A DNA stretch of 63,130 nt, the filler included, from Basidiobolus ranarum (lineage: Eukaryota), in NCBI GenBank assembly GCA_040143965.1. It is 34 parts of 34 records of this genome, joined end to end, with 100 filler letters (N's around TTAATTAATTAA, not from the genome) between each part and the next. Parts side by side here need not be neighbours in the genome. Positions count along the whole stretch, not along the records: positions 37,265 to 39,021 come from JASJQH010011274.1; positions 39,122 to 40,878 come from JASJQH010011275.1; positions 40,979 to 42,735 come from JASJQH010011276.1; positions 42,836 to 44,592 come from JASJQH010011277.1; positions 44,693 to 46,448 come from JASJQH010011278.1; positions 46,549 to 48,304 come from JASJQH010011279.1; positions 48,405 to 50,159 come from JASJQH010011280.1; 27 more parts are not named here. One strand, 5' to 3'. Position numbers and translations under genes: made by a program. Below, piece after piece: positions 37,265 through 50,259 of the stretch. The notes under the pieces were generated by a model that saw only the letters and a list, made by a program, of their open reading frames with translations, made no database searches and had not been told where the DNA came from. Within the stretch, counting starts at the first letter, position 1. Each line of letters opens with the position of its first letter.

Positions 37265-39021
37265 ATCTTACTGTGGAGTGTCAGGTACAGTAGGTTGATG
37301 CTTAATTCCATGTTTAGAGCAAAAACTAGCAAAGTCTTTAAAGCAGTATTCTCCACCATTATCACTCCTTAGTACCCATATTTTTTGTGCTGATTCTTTC
37401 TCTACCATTGCTTTGTAGTGCTTGAATGTAGCTAAAGCTTTAGTTTTTTATTTGAGAAAGAATACCCTAGTAGATCTTTTTTGTCATCACTAAAGGTCAT
37501 GAAGTACCTTTTTCACCTACTGAGACATTTTTCATGGGCCCACATAGGTCAGAATGAATCAGGGAAAAACTCTGACTGGAACTGATCTCTCCAGAGCTTG
37601 GAAATGGCAGTTGGTGCTGCTTTCCATATATATACCTTAACACAGATCCAATTTAGTGGTATTTCCAATTTGTAAGCCTAAACAAGCAGATTTTGGATCA
37701 TTTGGGTCAGTTTTTATCACCAATGTAGCCTGATCTTCTATGCCACATTTGACAACTTATTTCACCAGTTTTGGCCAAGTTTACATGCTGAGAATGCAAT
37801 TTGTCAATTTCTAGCTTGTATAAGTTTTGAGTGTTGAGCACAGTTGCTAATTTGGTATTATTCTGATCTTTGATAGTGCACCCAGCCTTATTGAACACAA
37901 AATTTAGTCCTGGAGTTGTTGCTTGGCTAACTGAGGGTAGATTCTTGGCTAAATTTGGGATTTGTTCTATTGTGCCAGGATTTATTGAACCTTAGATCAA
38001 TATATTAGAATAAGTCTGATTGAAATTGATCATGCCAGAGGGTGATGGATAGATCCAAATTTTGCCGCATAAATTTTAGAATAATGTATCCAATATGATA
38101 TATATAGAACAATCTGGCACTATCACAGAGAACAGGTCCTTGGTTCACAGAGTACATCATCTTATTTTGCAGATTGTGTAGCTGAATTGTGGTCTAAATT
38201 GAGTACAACTGTGCCCAAACCAACTGCATCTAGTGCATAGTCTTTACCTAAGTAGACTTTCCATTTATGGATTGGTTTTAAGCTGGAAAACCATTCTTTC
38301 TTGTTTGACATATGCTGGGAAGCTCTTGAATCAATGTACCATGTTTCTGAGTCTTCTTTAGTGGTTACTGATAGGCCAGACATAAATATATAATCTCTAT
38401 CAGGACTTACTTGATTTGCTTATTCTGATTTTAGCTTTTCAGCAAAAATCCTTTTCCTGCAATCTTTGATTAAATGGCCTGGTTTGTTGCAATGCTTGCA
38501 GATGACTAATTTCCTATTAGAGGCACCATTATTGAAGCCTATTGCATGTTTTACAGCTCCTAAAATTGCCTGTTTTGCATTATTTTGCTCAGAATTAGAT
38601 CTCCTTAATTTCTCATTTAAAAGCCTAGCACCAACATATTCCATTGTCAATGGCTCTCATCTTGATTCTAGGGCAATTATGAGGTTCTTAAACTTGTCTG
38701 GCAGGCTTCCAAACAGTGTCATGACTAATGCATCTTCATTTAGAGGTGCTCCAATGGATGAGAGCTAATCTGCCATAATTTTTGTCCAATTTATTTGATT
38801 AAGCATAGTATCATTGGGATTCACCTGAATTGAGATTAATCATTGCCTAAGTCATAGCCTATTGGCCAGACTTTTAGTCTTGCATAGTCACTTAAGTGTG
38901 TCCCAAGTACTTTGGACATTTTTGGCTGATTGTATGTGCCTCAATTGAGAATCTTTGAGGTGTAGACAAAGTGTAGAGAGTGCTTTCCTCTACTTCTTGT
39001 GCAAGGCCAGGATGACTTCTG
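37265..39021 (-). mobile_element. Copia gag-protease-integrase (decayed), with a 172-bp insert at 37963-38134
   Basis: CKHCNKPGHLIKDC, WYIDSRASQHM, MWHRRSGY, IHSDLCGP, LRSDNGGEY. Confidence 0.95.
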
Positions 39022-39121
39022 NNNNNNNNNNNNNNNNNNNNNNNNNNNNNNNNNNNNNNNNNNNNTTAATTAATTAANNNNNNNNNNNNNNNNNNNNNNN
39101 NNNNNNNNNNNNNNNNNNNNN

Positions 39122-39227
39122 ACAAAACTATAAATGTCAACTTTCTACTCAATAAATCAATAAGTGAAAACCACCAATTCCTCTAATTCTCCAAACCACT
39201 TCCAACAGGCTCCCAAATACTTTAACA
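39122..39227 (+). repeat. Copia LTR-1 end, about 215 bp from the glucosyltransferase stop
   Basis: ...CTCCCAAATACTTTAACA. Confidence 0.9.
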
Positions 39228-39441
39228 AATATATCCTCAAATATCACTATTTCTCACTTTGCAAATCAGCAACACCATGAGAATAATGAAATTACTCAAA
39301 CTTTGAATTCCATCAAAAATGGCTAGGAATACTAGCAACATACATCACTGGCTGTAATTTAATTGTTTAATTGATAAATATGATGTACTGTACATTGCTA
39401 ATCAACACAATATTTAAACAAGCTCAAATTAGCATTTGCAA

Positions 39442-40878
39442 TTACTTTGCGGTATCGTGCATTATGGCTTCAAACTTCAGTAACACTGCCTCTTGATCCA
39501 ATTGAACCGCTACATCTTTTCTTCCATGAGGGTTCTCCCGTTTTTCTTCATTTATCAAATCACTAGCTGAGTTGTATATACCTTGCGATGATAAAGTAAC
39601 CAAGTCGATACAGCCAGCAAGAGGCTTCGTTAACATACTAACACTACCGATGGCAAACCCCTTACCAAATCCGGGCAAGCCTTCGGTCATAGCGCCCTTA
39701 ATTGGCTTTGTGAAAAAATCCGAAAAACCTAGTTAAAAGTGAGAACAATTTGGTTAACGTAAAGTACCAAACATGGACGTGAAAAAGAATTGGAGCTGGT
39801 CATTGAATATATTAGATACTTGCCTTCTCCTACTCCTTTCCCTAATTCTGCAAACCCTTTAAGTATACCATCGCCTGCTCCGTGAATCATAGGGATGGGC
39901 CGAACTGACTCACTCTTATCTATTAATGCAGTGGTATTTCTGAACCCATCACCTAGACTCTTCAAGGATTTCCCTCCGCCTGGTAAAAATGTCATGTAAG
40001 CATTTCATTCCAGTACGAATCAGTTTTCAGTGCATACCTAATATAGAATGGCCAAGGCTACTTGCCAATCCTTTCCCCACACCTAAAATAACCTCTTTAG
40101 TGGCCTGATCTGCTGGCTTGCCTCTCGCTTTCCGGATTCCTTTAGAGGATTCGGCGAAAGCACTCTTGGTGCCGTTAACAAACCCGTTGCATAGTCCCCA
40201 TGCTGCACTCAGGGAAGCCGAAAAGAGATCCTCCAATAATACCTCAGTGTACCAATGTTTTGGTTTATACTGTCGTAATTTGTTCGCTTTAATTTTGCCC
40301 TGAGATAGTAATATATCCGCAGCCGCTTGGCATAGCTTAAGATGAACATCTTCGGCATAAAGAGTGGCGAGTTGGGAAGGCTCGATATCACAGAGCATGT
40401 CATCTAGAGGAAGATTGGCATGGAATGCATCCACTGTAGCCTCTGCTCCATTTTCAGCTTGAATTCTTCCTCCTACTTCCTCCGCCTTTTGCATCGTTTC
40501 TGGCGAAATCGCCAAGCGAATAGCTTCTGCCAGATTATTGGCATTAAGTTGCTTGAAGGGTATTGGCGGAGGGCCACATCCGATCTCGGCAGTCATTTTT
40601 CCCCAGAACGGCTGGTCACCAAAGAAGGGAACAATGATAGTGCTTCGGCCAGTTCTCAGGCCAGCTGCAGTTGTACCTGCACCTCCATGGTGACAAACAG
40701 CCATGCAGCGTGGGAACAGCCAGTCATGAGGGCAATTCTCGATTATCATAACGTTCTCTGGAACTGTAATCTCATCTCCACCCAATCCACCCCACCCTTT
40801 AGAAACTAGAGCTCTGACCCCTGCTTGGCGAATTGCATCGAATATTGTCTTCGTAAGTCTGTCGGGATCATCCACTAC
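39442..40878 (-). CDS. Sterol 3-beta-glucosyltransferase-like (GT1), 3' part; exons 40878-40038, 39979-39824, 39728-39442
   Basis: CPHDWLF..VCHHGGAGTTAAGLRTGRSTIIVPFFGDQPFWG. A GT-AG intron and a GC-AG intron restore the frame. Confidence 0.93.
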
Positions 40879-42835
40879 NNNNNNNNNNNNNNNNNNNNNN
40901 NNNNNNNNNNNNNNNNNNNNNNTTAATTAATTAANNNNNNNNNNNNNNNNNNNNNNNNNNNNNNNNNNNNNNNNNNNNGGTGGAGATAGATTGGTAATTT
41001 GAAAGACCTAGGATGACTAACAGCTTTTACAGAGCACTATTTCACAAGATTCGATAGCTCGTATGCATATTGCACTCTGGTCAGGAGGTGATGACAAAGC
41101 ATAAACTAATAAAATAGAGAGTGCATGCTAATGGGTTTTTTGAAAGGTAATTCTGCGGGCCACCTAAATCAGGCCGTTGAGGAAGGGTTTACATCCCCCC
41201 ATTGTATATTCGATGATGGAGCTGGGAGTTAGAAATAACTACTAGGTCAATTCGTAAGTGTGGTAACATGATTCAATTTTCAATTGGGGGCAATCCTGAG
41301 ACAGCTAAACCAACTGCATCAACAACACCAGGATAGTAAATAATTGAAGCTTTTGACATGGCTACTCAGATACTGTTTTCAATTGAAGGAACACTGCAGA
41401 TACAGAAAATGACTTTAAGATCAATAGCATTTGCATTAGCATGGTTGGTTTCATTACTGGCCAGTCTTCTTCTTTGTCTTAAGTACATCTGATGCTTTTG
41501 GATTTGTGTGGCAAACAGTCTGAAAATGGTTACAAACTCTTCACAGTTTACTGGCGATTATACATTTATGGGGGAGATACTTGTCGTATGATAGCAGAAC
41601 AAGTATTATCGACCTGAGAAACTTAGTGACCATTGGGTAACGCTTCGATCATCAATATCCCGTTGTATCAGTCCATATAAAAGAATAAGACTCCGTAGAT
41701 AGAACATGCTGATGATTTCACATGGTAATCAATGGCCCCGCATTATGCTTGAAACGCAATTGCTAGTTCCTGATTTCATGATATGTAAAACAGTTTACTG
41801 GAACTCACTCTACTATGCCGTATGCCTCACCTTATCACACTACTCCATCAGCATAGGCAAGTGGGGATGAAATCCATCAACCATCACTGCTACCAGATTT
41901 TCAGTTACAGTATTTCTTACCTATGAAATATACTGCTGAGTGCTTTTCTTGATCCATGTCCTATTACAGTGGAGCACTTCCATGTGTTCGTTTATTTAAG
42001 ACATTACGTAGAGCTCGGAATATGGCGGAGACTCATTAGGGTAATGATGAAAAATGTTTAGCCATCTCATATGTAAAATGACTTGGAACTAGATACCTTG
42101 GCCAAGTTGGGATGACAACAGAACACTTCTCTATTAAACAAGTGCTACACCGGGGTCGTTTGCTACAACATCCATACTGCATCATTGTTCCTGGCATGCG
42201 ATCATACTCACATAGTGAGCTCTGATATCCTCCATGTTGGTAGCCACATAGTGCACTTGTAATTGATCTATGGCATTAGATAAGCAACAGATTTGTGTTG
42301 TACCATTAGACGAATCTCTGATGAAAGTCAAATGATCAGTCATTGGTGGTTTGCCATCTTGCCTGAATGCAGCACCAGGACGAATCCAAGCTTCTGCAAA
42401 GGATTTGCACTAGAATAATCAAGCCACCTAATAGGTCAATATCATTATCATCTGCATTGGGAGCTGTAAGGATAGGCAATGTTTCCCAGATGTTGCAATG
42501 GTTTGTGGAATATACTGATCACATGAAACAACCCCAGCGCCAGTCACATGAAAATAATTGAAGTTTCCTCGTCACCCTTAACAACGCACAGATCTAGCTA
42601 AGGAGTGACTTTCCTCGATATTCAACACTAAACAATAGGAGAGTCCAACAATATGGCACACGTTAGAAGTGAAATTGGTAGCCATCAACTCAAAAACCGG
42701 CATGGATTGAGGGGTGGAGGGGTTGCAAATGCATANNNNNNNNNNNNNNNNNNNNNNNNNNNNNNNNNNNNNNNNNNNNTTAATTAATTAANNNNNNNNN
42801 NNNNNNNNNNNNNNNNNNNNNNNNNNNNNNNNNNN

Positions 42836-43298
42836 TGTGTAAAATTTGAGTTACGTTTTTTGCACATGTGTTGATCCATAGTTCTCTGAGATTTTAGCCG
42901 ATCATTTGCAACTATTTTGCAAGATCTTGAAATTTCACTCCTGAAACTGAAAAAATTGATTAAAATCAAATCGAACTTGACGATTTTATGACGGTAAGTA
43001 AACGGTAAATCCCAAATGGATTAAAATTGTGATGCTTTTCCTATAAAAACAATCCGCAAATTTCTGTTAGGGCACAAGTTTGTATCAATATGTCCATCAA
43101 AGCACACCATTGTATTAAGATTGCTGAATCATCAATCTTCCAGCTATCTGGTGAATACCCTGCAATATTATGCCACTCTGTAGTAAATTCATCCCAGATA
43201 TCTGCATGGTTCACACCAGATTGAATGGCAATTTAAATGTTCATCTTCTCAAGTCACTTCCCTGCATAATTGCACTGTGTTTTTCCCTTCATACTTTT
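42836..43298. mobile_element. CMC left end (terminus 43072) abutting ORF-A interior
   Basis: AAATTTCTGTTAGGG|CACAAGTTTG. Confidence 0.85.
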
Positions 43299-43847
43299 TG
43301 TCATGATTTTGATCTTAGCATACTCATCCACTGCAAATAGAACTCTTCTATTATTAGATTATGATATCATATCTGCTGTGCCATTCTTTCTTGGCAATCT
43401 TATGTTAGCTCATCCAGGTTACCTTATATGGGAGTCATGTTCCTTAGGACATTGAATGAAACCAAACCAATCATGTCATCCCACACATAGTGAGTATCTA
43501 CCAAGACCTTCCAATGGAAGGTCACCTGATCACCCTTACATCTTCCCTCAGTGTATTGGCCCTTGTAGTCCCCAATACCCTGACACTTGAACTTGCCACA
43601 GTATATTCCCTATTCTGTATATTATGTTTCCCCCTGCAATATCTATATAAGCTCCATGTATTCCTTATTCAGACCTGGGTCTGATCAATGCCAGTTATCA
43701 ATAAAGATTCTTGCCAAAGTATCTTCCATGTCTACTCTCATCTTTTCTTGTCTTGTAGTCTACATCAAAGTACTCTCCTGCCTTCTAGCCTCTTGTTGTT
43801 ATTTCCGGTCATTGTCCAGTTCCTTATCATGTCAGTTTGATCAGACT
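43299..43847 (+). repeat. Gypsy LTR-3 5' LTR (43299-43834) with self-priming-type PBS (43837-43847)
   Basis: PBS TTGATCAGACT is complementary to the LTR sequence about 30 nt downstream of TATATAA. Confidence 0.8.
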
Positions 43848-43889
43848 ACTTACACTTGCCTGTAGACTTCTCTCTATCCCTGTTCTCCA

Positions 43890-44592
43890 ACCTTGAAGTA
43901 CTAAGCTATATATGGCTATATAGGTGTTTAGGCAAAGCTAATTTCAACACTCTCCCTCAACTAAATAGTCATATAAACTAATCCTAATAAAGGTCTAAAT
44001 TTCTCAAATTTCTGTCTAGCTAACGGTTTGGTTAATATATCAGTAATCATGTCTTCTGTAGAACAATAAGTTGAGTCAATAAACTTATTCTTGATAGTAT
44101 CTTTAATGAAGGGATGCTTAATATCTATATGTTTGCTTCTATTGTAAAACATGGGATTTTTAGTTAATTTGATACAACTTTGATTATCTTGAAATATTGT
44201 TGTTGATGAATTTTGAGAATAACCCAAATCTGTTAAGAGTTTTCTTAACCATAATGCTTCTTTTGTTGCTTCACAGGCAGCTATGTATTCAGCTTGTGGT
44301 GTTGAAAGTGCAATGGTAGGTTGTTTATTTGTATTCCAAGAAATAGCTCAATTGCACCACAGAAATAGGTATCCTGTTGTAGATCTCCTGTCTTCAATAT
44401 TTCTTCCCCAATTTGTATCTGAATATCCCATCAGATCAAAGTATGATCTGCAATATGTGTATTTTAAGTATAGATCCACAGTACCTTTCAAATATCTGAA
44501 AATCTGCTTAACTTCAATGATTTGATCAAATCCATAATTTTGAAGATATTGGCACATAACTCCCACAAAATATGCAATATCTGGCCATGTTA
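43890..44592 (-). mobile_element. Copia RT/RNase H with PPT and LTR-1 start
   Basis: GYSDTNWG..DRRSTTGY..FQDNQSCI..RSKHIDI. Confidence 0.92.
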
Positions 44593-44801
44593 NNNNNNNN
44601 NNNNNNNNNNNNNNNNNNNNNNNNNNNNNNNNNNNNTTAATTAATTAANNNNNNNNNNNNNNNNNNNNNNNNNNNNNNNNNNNNNNNNNNNNCACCAAAA
44701 AGTATAAATGCTTTATTTCTGGACAATAAACAATTATCTCACAAAGCTATTCACAACTCCACTTTTCTAAAGTTCCTCCAAACAGCCCATATTTTCCCAA
44801 T

Positions 44802-45387
44802 AATTTGTTGATTGCAAGTCAGCAATATTTTGGCTGAACTTTTTTAGAAATTTCCCTAAAATCCAAGCACTTATCCATATTTCAATGGTAAGAAGAGTCA
44901 GTTATTTGCCAAGTGTGAGTGCTATTCTATATTTCAGATGTTTGGCAATTATTCCATCATTAGTTTGCGAGCAAAGCATATTAATGTTATTGGGTTATGT
45001 CTAGTCAGTCAAGTATGTGCTTATGCAGAGACTAATCATACTGAGATTCTTGTATTTTTTGATTCTCATTATGGCTGGAATATGAAGCCTAAAATATCTA
45101 GATAAAGGCATGCATATTTGATTTCCTATAGCAGTTAACCTAGTAACTTGCCATTCAAGATTGGTTTTTTCTGAAATTGCAGGAAATTGAATAATATATG
45201 CCAAATATTGAGGATCAATATTTAAGCATGTGTTAATACCATCACAATACTGTTAGGAAGCTGCCATAAATACCATGGAAATCTCTGGCAGAATTTAAGC
45301 CATCAATATTGTGATGGTCCCCCAATGGTTTTGTGCTCCACTTGGGTGGATCTGATCAGGATCAAATTGCTTTTGTTTTTGTTAGGG
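44802..45387 (+). mobile_element. Diverged CMC right end (terminus 45387), after LTR-2 end (44693-44801)
   Basis: TTTTTGTTAGGG terminus and transposase C-terminal homology. Confidence 0.8.
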
Positions 45388-46799
45388 TTACTATTATCAA
45401 GTCATCATATTTAAATCATGTCTCCAAATACAAAAAACACTAGACCACTTTCAATAATTGCTCGCAAATTTCTGAATGCAATTGCTTCATGTCAAAATAT
45501 GAAGCGTAGCTATGATCAGCTAGTTTATAGCCTATCTAAAGCCATATCGGTAAAATTAAACAGGCTTCCCGATATTATAATTAATAAATCGTGTTTGCTT
45601 TCAAATAACCTAATAGATAAGTCAAACTGGCTTTCAAATACCTTCATTAATTAATGCAACCCTTGAACCGGCATCTCATTCCAATACTTCATTGATGAAG
45701 ATAAATAGGGTAAGAGAGGTATATGCTTCAATCATGCGAGGCGAATATTCTTGAACTTGGGCATATTAATCCCATGGAGTGTTACTAGTATTTAGGAAAA
45801 ACGCGAATGTACAATTTCCCTTACTAGATATCACTTGAAAGCAATATGTCTCGAGAGAGCATTTGGTCTCCATTAGTGTATTGCCCATATAGCCTTCTGA
45901 ATTGGTGTGATAGTCATTCATTGCACTTATATTCTCCTTGACTATTGACACCAAGAGAAGTGATGTAGTTCAGCTGGCTATTATCTCGTAACATCTCCCT
46001 AGGAGTGGATCTAAGCCCTTAATTCGAAGATCATTCTCCAACAGAGCTATCTCTTTGCTTATTTCTACCCGACTGCGTTAACCCTCCCAGAAGGTATCGG
46101 ACGCCTCTAAATATAATTCAGGAGATACCACAGCTTCTGTTATTGCTCCATCTGTGATTGCTAAGTCTTTGCCACTTAATGATAATGCGAACCGGGAAGT
46201 CAGAGATATTTGTGTATTAAATAGTTAGATTCAACGATTGGACCTAGCATCATAGTTTCAATTATAAGAAAACCATTCTAAATATCTGGCAATGTTGTAA
46301 TGATTATCTTTCTTGAAGATGGCCGTTTGGTTGTAGGTACTCCCAACATATACGATTAGCCAGATCTTAAACAAGTCAGCTAACCCGATTATATCACTTT
46401 GCTAGCATTAAAACTTGTTTGCACGTAAATTTATTTTTAATGCTCTATNNNNNNNNNNNNNNNNNNNNNNNNNNNNNNNNNNNNNNNNNNNNTTAATTAA
46501 TTAANNNNNNNNNNNNNNNNNNNNNNNNNNNNNNNNNNNNNNNNNNNNAATACTCTACACTGAAACATTAGGCGTCGTTGGCATATTTAATGAAACATAA
46601 ATCGTTGACAATTGGCTCAGATTGGAAAACAAGCAGAGTCAAGAGGAATAACAGGCTCACGATAATTAAATCGGCGTTCAAAGCATATTGCTGCAGTAAA
46701 GGTATAAAGTTGCGACTTATCTTAGCCTAGGTCGTGTAACTATTATGCACTCTATATTTAGAGCTTACTAAATATAAATAGAATTTATTTTTGATTGGA

Positions 46800-48304
46800 T
46801 GATTACTGAAGCATGTGTTACTGTAAAACCACAAAATTGCAACAAGCTAACTTTTTTGATTTTGGATTTGAAACAGATGATGCATATTTTGTTTGTCTAA
46901 AAAGCTACACCAAATCAATGATTGATACTTGTGGGGAGGTTAAAGTAAACCACATGTTGTTAGTAGTGCAATTGGTAGCAAAACCTCTATTACCACACTC
47001 ATTATTAGGCTACTTCACAAGCAAAGGCCTGTTTGTTTGAACCATTGGATTTATATACACAATTGGGCTTTGTCAAGATTTTTGAAAACAGAGCTATGAT
47101 TAAGTTTAGAAAGTTTTGTTAATTAACCATAGGGGAAGCATTGATATTTTTTTGATAGGAATACAGATATGAAACAAAGTTATATCTAGTACTGTTGGAG
47201 GATTGGATGTTCATGCAGATGGACTTTATTGGTTTGATTAACTTATATTTTCACAGTAATCACTAGGATTATATCTAAGTTTGTATATGTTCTGTTCCTT
47301 TTCCTCCAAAGCTTAATAAATCCCATTGTGTTCAGTGAAGATGAATCCTGACTTACCAAAATTCAATATTAGTCCTTCTGGTAAGTTCTTGCATATAGAT
47401 ATTCAATTGTTGGCAACATCTGGAGCATGTAGTACATCCTTGAAAGTATACACTCTTTCTTCAGAAGCACTGGTTAAACTGACTTGAATTGTTCCCATTC
47501 CAAAGATATCCAATATAGAGTTATCTCCCATGAAAACCTTTTTAATTGGAATTTCTTCATAATCTGCAAACCACTGTTTTTCATTTGTGGAATTGTAGAG
47601 GCTCTGGAATCATCATACCATGTCCAAGAATCCTTGTTTGTAGTCCTAGATTGGGCAGATATGACCAAGTAATAATTTGCTTCAAAGACATTTCCAGATT
47701 CAGTATGTGTTGCTTCTTTTGCAATTCTTTTGAAGCAATATTTTCTTAAATGGCCAGCTCTTTTACAGTGTTTGCAAAATGTATTACTTCTCCTCTCAAA
47801 GTGCTTGTAACCCTTACAGGAAGGTCTCCCATAGTCAATTAATGCTTTTTCTGTATTATTATGGTTGGATCTAGATTTGCATAAGTCTTCTTGAAGGAGC
47901 CTGCAAAAGCAATAATTGAAGGTCAAGTTTTCAGTTCCAGATTTTAGAGCATTTACTATGATCTGAAACTTGTCAGTTAGACTTTTCAGGACTGTGACTA
48001 TGATATCCTGATTTGAAGTAGGTACTTTAATGTATTCCAAATCCTCTACTAAAATTGTAACTCTATAGATGAGTGATTCAATGTCTTACTCTGGCTTCAT
48101 TTTAACATAGATTATTGTCTTCTTAGAAACAACCTGTTGGTAGTATAAAATGCTTGGTGATGTCTTTCAAGGCTTCTCCTATCTTCTTGGGATTTCTGGC
48201 TCTGGACTTTTGAATTTGCAATATATCTTCAACATTGGGATAATAAGGCTGAAGGCACTTTGTTTCTCCAACCTTGAGTAAAACTTTAGTTTTAGACAGC
48301 TTTG
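46800..48304 (-). mobile_element. Old copia gag-protease fragment
   Basis: CKHCKRAGHLRKYC, WYDDSRAS, KDVLHAPDV. Confidence 0.8.
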
Positions 48305-48404
48305 NNNNNNNNNNNNNNNNNNNNNNNNNNNNNNNNNNNNNNNNNNNNTTAATTAATTAANNNNNNNNNNNNNNNNNNNNNNNNNNNNNNNNNNNNNNNN
48401 NNNN

Positions 48405-50159
48405 AAGTTAAATTGAATTGAACATGTCCTATTGATAGCTTACTATGAAATAGGAGTATTGCACATGCTTAGATCATAAAAATAATGTCTGTTAATCCTG
48501 GGTGACAATTTGGGGTGATTTGGGCAAGATTTGAGAAAATAGTGAAGTTGATAAAATTGACCTAAAGGAAATTTCTATCAATTAGATCAATAAACAAACA
48601 TTTGTGAATGCCAGAATTGAGTTCAAATAATCAGAATATGAATAAGCTGACCACTAAATAATGAGATGCTATTTATATAATTTCAATATTGCTACTCAAC
48701 TAATTATTTTGTATTTCTCTTAAACCTAACTTATGTCTTAATAATTCAAATTCTTCTCTAGCTAAAGGTTTAGTTTAGATGTCAGCAATCATATCCTCAT
48801 TAGGGCAGTGGACAAGTTTGATTTTATCATTCTCTTTTTCTTCTCTAACAAAATGATATCTAAAATCCATATGTGTTATTCTACTGTGAAATGTAGGGCT
48901 TTTAGCTAATGAAATACAACTTTGAGTATCCTCTAATACAGTAAAAGCATGTTTTTACATTTATCCTAAGTCTTTAAATAACTTCCTTAAGCATATAGCT
49001 TCATGTGCAACAGCAGAGGCAGCCATATACTCTGCTTTTGTAGTGGACAGTGGTATGGTTGGTTGCTTCTTACTATTACAAGTTATGACTTCATTACTAT
49101 TGAAAAAAGTGTACCCAATTGTTGAGCCTCTATCTTCAAGGTTTCTTCCCCAGTCTGCATCACTTTAGCCTTCAAAATATATGCATCAGAAGTGCCAGAG
49201 TATTCCATAACTAGATTTACAGTTCCTTGCCAATACTTGAAGATTTGTTTTACAATGGTTTTGTGCTCAGATCCCAAGTTTTTGAGATTTTGGCTGTCAG
49301 TTCCTATAGCTACAACCATGCCTGCACATGTTCCAACCTTTGTATACATTAAACCACCCACCATTGTCTAATACAGGAATTCCTGGCGTTGATTTGAGTC
49401 ATTGAGGGCCAAATCCAATGAAAGTTTGATCAATATCATATTGGGATCCATTGGTGTTGATATAGGCTTGCTAATTTCCATGTTGAAGCATTTCGGGTTA
49501 TCTAAGATGTTGCAGTTAGGCAAATAGTTGCTCAATATTCAGTAGTGGGTTTATTCATATTCTGATTTTTTAGCACTCAATTCTGCCACTCAAAAATGTG
49601 TGTTTTTTGCTCTTATTCATAGAAACATAATTTAGATAACTCTTATCAATTTTTGCTCTTTTCTCAAGACTTCCCCAAATCACCTCAATTTTTGCCATAC
49701 TTTAAGGGCATGTGCTATATGATCTATGCACGTTTGGTTGCTCCATTTCAAACTACACTATAAATAGGACAGAATTCTGATGATTTTATGGCTAGTTATT
49801 AAATTGGATCAAAGCTCTGGCAGATCAGCTCTCATCAATTTGATCAGCTCTGAATATGATGGCTCCTTCACGACCTTACTTGGGAGCCTGGCAAATGAGT
49901 TTGGGAGCCTTTTAATTGCCCAAGAGTCAAGGTTGGAGCCATTAACAAAGGAATGTCTTCAAGCTAGGCTTTTGATTGAGGAATTAAGAAGTGATAAAAG
50001 TGTTTAGGGGATTTGAAAGTGTTTTGGACAAGATTTGGATTTGTGAATTAGAACAAAACATATAGATATTAGGCATCATTTTGTTAGAGAAGCAATAGAG
50101 AATGATATAATTGAACTTGTCTATTGCCCTACTGAAGAAATGATAGCTGATATCTTAAC
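48405..50159. mobile_element. Scrambled copia pieces: LTR-5 (-), RNase H/RT (-, about 48700-49500), LTR-5 (+, about 49508-49775), gag scrap, RNase H end
   Basis: LSTTKAEYMA, MVGGLMY, LQARLLIEE, KHIDIRHHFVRE. The LTR-5 homolog is at 57326-57573. Confidence 0.8.
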
Positions 50160-50259
50160 NNNNNNNNNNNNNNNNNNNNNNNNNNNNNNNNNNNNNNNNN
50201 NNNTTAATTAATTAANNNNNNNNNNNNNNNNNNNNNNNNNNNNNNNNNNNNNNNNNNNN

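Noticed and set aside
40118-40809. Plus-strand ORFs over the glucosyltransferase
   Set aside because: Antisense shadows.
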